From the NCBI GenBank assembly GCA_023898425.1, contig CP060222.1:780001-812000 (forward strand): a stretch of 32,000 nucleotides of DNA. Direction: 5' to 3'. This DNA comes from Candidatus Saccharimonadota bacterium. GTDB lineage: Bacteria; Patescibacteriota; Patescibacteriia; 2-12-FULL-60-25. Under the pieces are notes generated by a model. It searched no databases and was not told the origin of the DNA. It saw nothing but the letters and a program-made list of their open reading frames with translations. This document shows positions 19,214-25,971 of the stretch, piece by piece (the stretch's first letter is position 1; each line of letters begins with the position of its first letter). Made by a program: the position numbers and the translations under genes.

Positions 19214-20619
19214 CTAATGTGCGAGGATCGCACCCGAGCCGAGGCGAAGGCCGAAGCCAATCATCCCAGCCACACCTGTGCGGTTCACGTAGTTGTGACC
19301 GCCGGACGTCGTGAAGATGTCCCAGGTGATGCGCTGCACGTCGACCCCGATACGGAAGTAGGGAACGGCCCTAAATCCTTCTCGAGGACGAGTGAGGTCG
19401 ACCGTGAAGGCCAACTCGGTCCGAAGACCGTTGCCTCGAGCGCCGTCGCCCGAACCGTTCGGGGCGCTGTTGCCCGTTGTGTAACGGACGAAGCCGCCGA
19501 GAAGATCGAGACGAAGGCGCGGCGCCAGAGTGATCTGAAGTCCAAGCGAGACAGAGCCTCGCGTGAACCGATCGACCGGGACGTAGTCCTGGATGGCCAG
19601 GCTTTCGTCACCGATGTTGCCACCACCGAACGAGCCACGAAGAACGAAGCCGACCCGATTGGAGGCGAACGGTCGCAGATTGATCTGCCCACCGATCTCG
19701 CCACAAACCAGCGAAGACTCGAGACCGCTTTGGCCCGCGCAGAGGTTGACGTCGACTTGGAAGTCGACGTTCTGCGACAGGAACTCGCCAACCGAACTTC
19801 CACCCGCACTCGGGGGGCACAGCTCGACACGACGAGCCGGAGTCGCAGCCTCCCATTCTTGGAAGGTGACGACGTCCATCTTGTCAGCGCACTCGAACCG
19901 ATAGTTCGTCTCGAGGTTGTCGTCGATCTGCCGCTGTTGCGCCGGGTCCACGTCCGGACAAAGCGCGTTGCGACCTTCTGGAGTGGCGTTGAACCACTCT
20001 TCGAAGATGACGTTGGGGTAGTTCGCGCTGCACATGTGCAGCCAGAGCGTACGCTCGTCTCTTTCTAGCCTCGCGACAAGCTCCTCGAACATCACCACGG
20101 TGACGTACTCACTCATGTCGATGTTGATCGTGTCACCTTGCCTTACCGACCCGTTAGGGACGGCGCAGAAGGTACCAGCCACGAACCGATGACCGGCCGC
20201 GTCGCGCAGGTGCCGAAGCCCCGATGGCGCAATGACAAGCGGAACGGTGTTAGGCGGACAAACCGCTTCACCACCGATACCGTACTCGGCAACACCGTAG
20301 TCGGTTTCGACCTCGCCGTGCTGACGGGAACCTTGACGTCCGCCAGAGAGGTGGCGTTGACGACGATTCGCCATGCCGTGGGAGGCGGCGGATCGTCGTC
20401 GATCACCACGGTTGTGGTGGTCTCACCAGGGCTGCAGTAGCCCTCCTCCTCGCACCAGGTGCGAGGATTGGCCGGAATCGGCATCACCGACGCATTGGGC
20501 GCCGATGCCGTGGGCGGTGGCTCGAACTCGTCAGCCTGCACGAACGCAGGCATCGAGAACGAACCAGTGATGACCATCATGACGATGACCATCTTGAAAA
20601 ACTTGATTTGAAAGGACAT
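19214..20619 (-). pseudogene. Secreted protein paralogous (C-terminal domain) to 14144..15772, one frameshift
   Basis: GGAGG precedes the ATG at 20619. The signal peptide MSFQIKFFKMVIVMMVITGSFSMPAFVQA is in one frame (ORF 20143..20619). The remaining 386-aa body (19214..20374) is in another frame, with the shift somewhere around 20300-20380. The C-terminus aligns with the 14144 protein (LGLQITLAPRLRLDLLGG versus LGLALTIRLVPHLYLLGG). Confidence 0.6.
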
Positions 20620-20760
20620 TTCTACTCCTCCCCACTACCGCGAGGGCCTGTGGGTGATGGGACGTTTTGGTAAACCGAGGATCAGATGTCATCGATTCTC
20701 CAGCCGTCCCGCAGCCTCGCAAAGGAGGATGCGGTGCAACGGAACGGCTACAGAATCTAT

Positions 20761-20805
20761 GAAAGGGCTATCAAGTTAACGAAAAGGGCTATCAAGTTAA
20801 CGAAA
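20761..20805. repeat. Tandem direct repeat (20 + 21 nt + partial) containing GTTAAC palindromes
   Basis: gaaagggctatcaagttaac, then gaaaagggctatcaagttaac, then gaaa. It starts about where transcription from the 20807-20834 promoter should initiate. Confidence 0.8.
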
Positions 20806-20806
20806 T

Positions 20807-20834
20807 AGTATACGCCAAAAACCCATTTTGTCAA
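20807..20834 (-). promoter_or_regulatory. Strong sigma70-type promoter for the 20619 gene
   Basis: On the minus strand: TTGACA (20829-20834), 16-nt spacer, TATACT (20807-20812). This implies a leader of roughly 180 nt. Confidence 0.65.
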
Positions 20835-20841
20835 GGGGCTT

Positions 20842-20903
20842 GTGACATAATGATTATGTATCTCAAAATAGACTATTTGAGACCAATCATTATTTCTTGT
20901 CAC
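20842..20903. repeat. 62-bp imperfect palindrome upstream of the island promoter
   Basis: gtgaca-taatgatt-atgta-tctcaaa-atagacta-tttgaga-cc-aatcatta-tttct-tgtcac. Three nested arm pairs (6, 8 and 7 bp) are all perfectly complementary. Confidence 0.7.
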
Positions 20904-20988
20904 GCCCTCCATCTCGTGAATATTGTGTGAAGTTACAACCGAACACTTCTCTTCTTTCTTAACTACACTATAGCAAATATCAGGTTAT

Positions 20989-21016
20989 TTGTCAAGTTTC
21001 TGTTTTGCATTATACT
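20989..21016 (+). promoter_or_regulatory. Candidate plus-strand promoter with no ORF downstream
   Basis: TTGTCA (20989-20994), 16-nt spacer, TATACT (21011-21016). The next elements are the terminator hairpin at 21044-21070 and repeat copy D. Confidence 0.4.
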
Positions 21017-21043
21017 GATTCTTCTCTAGAATTAGTAAATAGC

Positions 21044-21070
21044 AAAAACCTCCACTAAATGGAGGTTTTT
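21044..21070. terminator. Bidirectional rho-independent terminator
   Basis: A5, stem acctcca (21048-21054), loop ctaaa, stem tggaggt (21060-21066), T4-5. On the minus strand it would end the 23227..21430 operon after repeat copy D. Confidence 0.7.
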
Positions 21071-21090
21071 GACTTCTGACGGTGTCTTCG

Positions 21091-21409
21091 CCTCTCGATC
21101 CTCTCCAGCCTCTCCGCGAAGCGAAGAGGTACGTTACTCGTCATCTCGACCCATGTCTCGAGCAACGCCGAAAGAGACTGAGCATAGTGGAGAGGTACGC
21201 TACTCGTCATCTCGACCGACTGAGCATAGCGAAGAAGTGGAGAGATCTCGTAGTGATGGACAGATGCCTCCACTCCTCCTTGCGTCGTCGGTCGGCATGA
21301 CGAGGCGGTGCTGCGTCGTCGGTCGGCATGACGGGGTGGTGCTGCGTCGTCGGTCGGCATGACGGGGTGTCACCTTCGTTCACACGGAGGGCAAGAGAGG
21401 ATAACGAAG
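21091..21409 (+). repeat. Composite interspersed intergenic repeat, copy D (three 31-bp subrepeats, duplicated 5' module)
   Basis: Same module order as the other copies. The gaggtac..ctcgtcatctcgacc module occurs twice. The 31-bp unit tgcgtcgtcggtcggcatgacg.gg.ggtgc occurs 2 full times plus one partial (21281-21373). Confidence 0.85.
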
Positions 21410-21429
21410 CCGGGGTGATATCTTTTAAA

Positions 21430-22044
21430 TTAGCCTCTTTTTTGTCTACGTAATAGGAGCCACGCGACTGATAACATCCCTCCGATGACGGCACCATAGG
21501 CGGTATTCATCGGGATATTTGGCCTTGCATACCATCTAGAATCCAGAGGAGAGTCGATAACCGCTACTCGAACCACCGAACCAAAGTAGTTAGGTGCCTG
21601 TTTTGCGATTTCATTTGATGCGGCCACTACAAGACTTCTTGCCTGGGTTACGCGCTCATCAAAGACTGTAATGGTCATTAGACCAGATCCAGCCTCAACA
21701 CCGACATTAATAGCGTTGTTCCAGTAACGACGTTTATCGTATTCGTTTTGGGGGATTTGTGATCGATCAAGATTTTCTGCTTGAGCAACGATATTATCAA
21801 AAAACGATGAGGTCGAAAGAAGCTGGGCAAGATTTTGCGCGATTCTCTCGTTAGACTTTAATACCGTAAACGAATCAACATTTACCGTATTTGGCTGGGT
21901 GATAAGAAGACGTACACTTGATGAATACTCTAACGGCGACAAAAAGGATAAGGCGAAGCCTGCTAATGCACCGAGGATGGTGTAGCCCACGATACGCTTC
22001 CAGCCTATCGTGAGAATCTGCAAAGGATGTTCTTTATTACTCAT
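21430..22044 (-). CDS. Wzz-like (polysaccharide chain-length determinant N-terminal domain type) bitopic membrane protein
   Basis: 204 aa. An N-terminal TM helix is followed by LEYSSSVRLLI, a soluble middle region and a C-terminal TM helix (AYGAVIGGMLSVAWLLL). The topology and N-terminal motif fit the Wzz family. Confidence 0.5.
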   Translation of the reverse strand: MSNKEHPLQILTIGWKRIVGYTILGALAGFALSFLSPLEYSSSVRLLITQPNTVNVDSFTVLKSNERIAQNLAQLLSTSSFFDNIVAQAENLDRSQIPQNEYDKRRYWNNAINVGVEAGSGLMTITVFDERVTQARSLVVAASNEIAKQAPNYFGSVVRVAVIDSPLDSRWYARPNIPMNTAYGAVIGGMLSVAWLLLRRQKRG

Positions 22045-22045
22045 A

Positions 22046-23227
22046 CTATTTAATCATTTCGGTTGTTGTGGCTGTGCCAAGAGTTATTTTTGTTTGAAAG
22101 ACCTCTTCTTTGCGTTTGCCGTAAAACGTAATACTTACACCAGGGCGATAATCCATAAGTAAGCTCGCAAGATCTACCGAACCATCAAGCACATCGCGTT
22201 CTACACGTTGTATGATATCACCTTCGACCATATTACCAGAAGCGGGGCTGTCGCTTTTTACCGCAGCGCCAAGACGCTTGTTTGCTTTCAATAAAAAGCC
22301 GAGCGGTTCTGCCACGGTTGATGTTGTCGTCGGTAAAATGGTTTGCGCTAGATCGATACCACGTACACCGAGCGTCGCTCGCTGGATAAATCCATTAGCG
22401 GTGATCGAATTAATATCGCTTGCAACGGTACCAACAGGCAATGCGAGCCATGAGCCAAGTGATTTATCAAATTGATCGATCATACCTACAACACGACCAG
22501 TGGCATCACGAAGTGGAGCGCCTTGCAAAGGGGCATCAAGCGGAGAAATAACGCGAAGTCTTCTTGTAGAGATTTCAGAACTTTGCCAACCAGGCGATAA
22601 AGCAAGATCGCTCAATGTAACAGGTACGAATATAGTAGGGGCAATTTCTGCATAGACGGTAGCACCTTCTTCGATGAGCTCTGGGCGAACAAAGCTTGCT
22701 GCCGTCATCGTGATAGCATCTGCTTTAAGATAAACGTATCCCGTAGATTTGTCGTGAATGATCTTTTTTATTGATACGAGACCTCCGCGAACCTGCAAAG
22801 CAAGAAGACTCGTTGATTCTCCTTCGATGATCGAATATGGAACAACAAACCAACCATCGCTTGTAACGGCAATAGCATGCCCAATAGTCTGCTCGCCTTG
22901 AATAATCCCCTCGGCTTCGATAGCTGTAGAACGCCGAATAATATTTACCGTACTCACCGGCTGACTTGTGAGCTCGCTTGGTAATGCGCTTAGTAATGGA
23001 CGACTTGAGATTGGCACAACCTCAACCTGCGGCACTTGAGGAATAGGCGTTGTGCTCGTTGAACCTAAAACAAGTTCGTTGATTTTTGCGTCTAGCTTTT
23101 GGATAGCTGGGGCAAGCAAAATAAAATAGAGAGCTCCAGAAATAAGGCCACTCGCAAATAATGCGACAATAGCACTTACCACCGCATGGTCACGAGAAAA
23201 AAAAGACGGCTCTAAGCGTTGTTTCAT
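22046..23227 (-). CDS. Membrane-anchored HtrA/DegP-like trypsin-fold + PDZ protein lacking catalytic His and Ser
   Basis: N-terminal TM helix. The protease-like core reads LQGAPLRDATGRVVGMI where GNSGGPL..G..IGI is expected, and no His occurs at the TNxHV position. The C-terminal PDZ-like segment reads LGVRGIDL..GDIIQRVERDVL. Confidence 0.55.
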   Translation of the reverse strand: MKQRLEPSFFSRDHAVVSAIVALFASGLISGALYFILLAPAIQKLDAKINELVLGSTSTTPIPQVPQVEVVPISSRPLLSALPSELTSQPVSTVNIIRRSTAIEAEGIIQGEQTIGHAIAVTSDGWFVVPYSIIEGESTSLLALQVRGGLVSIKKIIHDKSTGYVYLKADAITMTAASFVRPELIEEGATVYAEIAPTIFVPVTLSDLALSPGWQSSEISTRRLRVISPLDAPLQGAPLRDATGRVVGMIDQFDKSLGSWLALPVGTVASDINSITANGFIQRATLGVRGIDLAQTILPTTTSTVAEPLGFLLKANKRLGAAVKSDSPASGNMVEGDIIQRVERDVLDGSVDLASLLMDYRPGVSITFYGKRKEEVFQTKITLGTATTTEMIK

Positions 23228-23254
23228 GACGCCATGATACCACGAAGTCGTTTT

Positions 23255-24016
23255 TTATGCCCAGCGCGAAAATAAGATGACGGCAAAAAAACACGCCAAG
23301 AATAACGACGCTTCAATGAGGCCACTTCTTCGTTTTGGTTTTGGTTCGTGACTATATCTGCGTGCACGAAACGGAAATGCAAAGAGAAGCGCTGCCATAA
23401 CTCCGCTAGCGATAACATCAAGAGGCAATATCATAGCAAAGATACCTGCGTGCAATCCTACAAGACCACCCATAAATAACCAGCGTTTATTTTGTTCTTT
23501 GTCAGCCGTATGATGAGAGGTGCAGGCAAATGTTAAAACACCATATGCGAGACCAAAAAACGGACTCATCCAAAACGGAAAACGAATGAAGGCTTGCAAA
23601 CCTGATAGTGTCATCGTCAAAAAGAACATCCCTAATGGAATAAGTGCGAGGTTAAGTCTCGATAATCCATGTACGGGATACTTACTTGGCTCTACGCCTA
23701 AAAGATAAAGCAGTTCTAATGTGAGGTAAGCAAGTCCACTCACAAAAAGACTAAATAGTATTTGTTGTGAACCGCTCTCTACAAGTAATGCTGCACCACC
23801 AGCGATTAGAAAGGTCACAACCGGTGGGATTACCTTTATCCATTCACGCCATGCAAGACGACGGTAACCAATGAGTGCCGCCGATACAATAAATACGAGC
23901 GCCGAAGCAATATATAAAAGAGGAAACGTTCTCCAAGCAATAAATTGCCACCGACTCAAAAACAAGATGCTGATGGCAGCAAGAAGCGGCAGTGATCGTA
24001 AAAGCAAGAATATCAT
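23255..24016 (-). CDS. Polytopic integral membrane protein, unknown function
   Basis: 253-aa ORF with about 7-8 hydrophobic helices. It overlaps the upstream permease gene by 4 nt. Confidence 0.6.
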   Translation of the reverse strand: MIFLLLRSLPLLAAISILFLSRWQFIAWRTFPLLYIASALVFIVSAALIGYRRLAWREWIKVIPPVVTFLIAGGAALLVESGSQQILFSLFVSGLAYLTLELLYLLGVEPSKYPVHGLSRLNLALIPLGMFFLTMTLSGLQAFIRFPFWMSPFFGLAYGVLTFACTSHHTADKEQNKRWLFMGGLVGLHAGIFAMILPLDVIASGVMAALLFAFPFRARRYSHEPKPKRRSGLIEASLFLACFFAVILFSRWA

Positions 24017-25008
24017 GTCACGCGTAAAGAAAAGGCTTTTCTGTATTCGGTATACACGACTGAAAGCGCTGTCGCAACCGGGATCGCAAAAAGCGCACCA
24101 GCAATCCCAAAAAGCTTAGCCCCGATAAGAAAAGCCAGAATACTAATAACTGGGCTTAGTCCCACTGCGCGGCGCATCACAAGCGGAGAAAGCACATGAT
24201 TTTGTAATTGTTGAACAATCAACATAAATAAGAGGACTGCCAATGAGTGCCATGGCGAAATACCGAAGGCAAAAAACAATGCCGGCACCGCGGCCATCAC
24301 TGGACCGATATACGGAACGAATTCTAAAAGCCCGCCAATAAGCGCCAAGAGCAAGGCATACGGCACACCAACAATACTAAAACCAACAAAATAAGCTCCT
24401 GCGATTACCGCAGAAAGAAACGATTGACCACGTACCCAATCTCCAAGTTTTTCTACGACTTGCCACAATGCTTTTGTGGCAAACTCTTGATATCTATCAG
24501 GTATCGTAGAACGAAATAATGTTTTTGCCGCACTCTCTTCTAAGAGCATATAGAATGCTAAAACAATGACAATGATGATGTTTGCAAATGACGTGGCGAC
24601 AATATCAATACTCGATGCAAACTGAGAAAGAAGGCTTTTTGGATCAGGAATAATATCTTGCAGGCTACCAATATCAATATAGGATGACCATTGTTGATTG
24701 GCGCTAAGGATATTAAATGAATCAATAGCGAGCCTTGCTTGTGTAAGCGTTGCCGGCACCAATAACGCTACGAGTGTTGCGCTTATAATAACAAACCCGA
24801 GTAAGAGTCCACCGATGGCTAGCGTTTTCGGAATGTTTTTTTGCTTTGCCCAAACAACAAGCGGATAGAGCAAGCCAGCCAACAAGATCGAAAGAAACAC
24901 CGATACAAGAATATCGCGAAGTACCCATGTTAAGCCTATGACAAGCAAAAAAGCCAAGGTCTTAAGCAAGGAGTTAAGTGATAGCTCTACATTGTAAACG
25001 CGATCCAT
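24013..25008 (-). CDS. AI-2E family (PerM/YdiK-like) transporter
   Basis: Multi-TM protein. The C-terminal FVPYIGPV..A.P....F and QQLQNHVLSPLVM motifs are typical of PF01594-type permeases. The start is placed at MDRVYNVE (25008). The longer ORF to 25074 would abut the smpB start (25073). Confidence 0.7.
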   Translation of the reverse strand: MDRVYNVELSLNSLLKTLAFLLVIGLTWVLRDILVSVFLSILLAGLLYPLVVWAKQKNIPKTLAIGGLLLGFVIISATLVALLVPATLTQARLAIDSFNILSANQQWSSYIDIGSLQDIIPDPKSLLSQFASSIDIVATSFANIIIVIVLAFYMLLEESAAKTLFRSTIPDRYQEFATKALWQVVEKLGDWVRGQSFLSAVIAGAYFVGFSIVGVPYALLLALIGGLLEFVPYIGPVMAAVPALFFAFGISPWHSLAVLLFMLIVQQLQNHVLSPLVMRRAVGLSPVISILAFLIGAKLFGIAGALFAIPVATALSVVYTEYRKAFSLRVT

Positions 25009-25072
25009 AGACAAAGCATAACGCCTGCGTAAAAACGTTGCCACTGTGGGTAAATAGTGACATGATACGGCC

Positions 25073-25522
25073 ATGCTTTTTACCGAGAACCGTAAGGCGC
25101 GGCACGAGTATCAATTTCTCAAAACCATTGAGGCTGGCTTGGTATTGGAGGGCCACGAGGTTAAAGCGATACGCGAAGGTGGAGCAAAGCTCGATGGGAG
25201 TTATCTTAAAATACTTGGTGGTGAACTCAAGCTTGTCGGTAGCCATATTCGGCCCTATAGCAAGGCAGCGCATCGCGAGACCATCGACCCAAACCGAACA
25301 ATTACCGTACTCGTAAGCAAGAAAGAATTGCGAGAATTAGCAGAAAAATCAGCAGAAAAAGGTTTGACAATGGTGCCTATTTCGTTCTACCCTGTCGGGC
25401 GACGCATCAAGCTCTCATTTGCGATTGCCAAGGGTAAACAAGCCCATGACAAACGTGATGCCTTAAAACAGCGAGACATTGAGCGCACCGTCCGTCGCGT
25501 TATGCGTGGCGAAGACGAATAA
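25073..25522 (+). CDS. smpB: SsrA-binding protein SmpB
   Basis: 149 aa. Matches include NRKARHEY, EAGLVL.G.EVK, K.KLSFAIAKGKQ.HDKR and a basic tail. The tmRNA gene starts 2 nt after the stop. Confidence 0.9.
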   Translation: MLFTENRKARHEYQFLKTIEAGLVLEGHEVKAIREGGAKLDGSYLKILGGELKLVGSHIRPYSKAAHRETIDPNRTITVLVSKKELRELAEKSAEKGLTMVPISFYPVGRRIKLSFAIAKGKQAHDKRDALKQRDIERTVRRVMRGEDE

Positions 25523-25523
25523 C

Positions 25524-25930
25524 GGGGATGAATCAGCATCGACGTTTAGTCCATTCACATCTTTGCAAGCCGAGCCTGTAAAACCGCTCGTAAATATCGT
25601 TTTACACATGACAATTGCCAACGTCATTTCCAAGGTTCGCGAAACGGTTGCTCACGCATTCCGTGCTCCAGCCTTTGTTCCGACCTTCGCTTAACGCGAA
25701 TACCTTCGGACCGGTCCTTGCTTAAGCGCCTTCTTAAGCAAACGGCTGTTATACTTCGAGGCTAGCTCCAAGTGCCCATGCTCGGCACAAGGAGGACAGG
25801 CTTGAGCATCCATCTAGATGATCTTGTTCTTTTATCCCATCTAGACTAGCTCTTAGAAAGAACTAAGCTTGTGAGCGAAAAGGGTGATTAGGTTAGACGG
25901 ACGGGGGTGCGATACCCCCCATCTCCACCA
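25524..25930 (+). ncRNA. ssrA: tmRNA (SsrA)
   Basis: The 5' GGGGAUG pairs with the 3' CAUCUCC-A-CCA and includes the G3-U alanine identity pair. The T-arm is GGGGG UGCGAUA CCCCC. An internal tag frame ends in ..PAFVPTFA followed by TAA at 25692-25694, with a possible resume codon GCC at 25617. Confidence 0.85.
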
Positions 25931-25971
25931 CCCCTCGACTTTGCTCGGGGTGACAACACTATTTACATACA

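Noticed and set aside
19082-20068. 328-aa plus-strand ORF, and other long ORFs antisense to island genes (14939..15361, 15090..15377, 15416..15940, 17034..17339, 17174..17509, 18177..18440)
   Set aside because: These are typical shadow ORFs of GC-rich DNA. Their sequences are Arg/Ser/Thr-rich and low in complexity. They lack SD or promoter context and overlap minus-strand frames that have signal peptides, motifs and paralogy.
14106-21090. The island as an integron-like cassette array (GC-rich cassettes separated by palindromes)
   Set aside because: There is no integrase, and the hairpins show no attC-type consensus (GTTRRRY cores). Each unit has its own promoter upstream, rather than being a promoterless cassette.
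21281-21373. The 31-bp direct repeats inside the composite elements as a CRISPR array
   Set aside because: The units are contiguous with no unique spacers. There are only 1-3 units, embedded in a larger conserved element present four times, and no cas genes are in the window.
8182-21409. The composite repeats as retron msr/msd, DGR template/variable repeats or group II intron fragments
   Set aside because: No reverse transcriptase or accessory gene is in the window. The copies are near-identical, not A-specific variants, and none lies within a target gene.
16026-21409. Repeat copies C and D as direct-repeat borders (att-like) of the island
   Set aside because: One GC-rich gene (14144..15772) lies outside this pair. 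Copies A and B flank an ordinary housekeeping peptidase gene in the same way, so flanking by these repeats is not island-specific.
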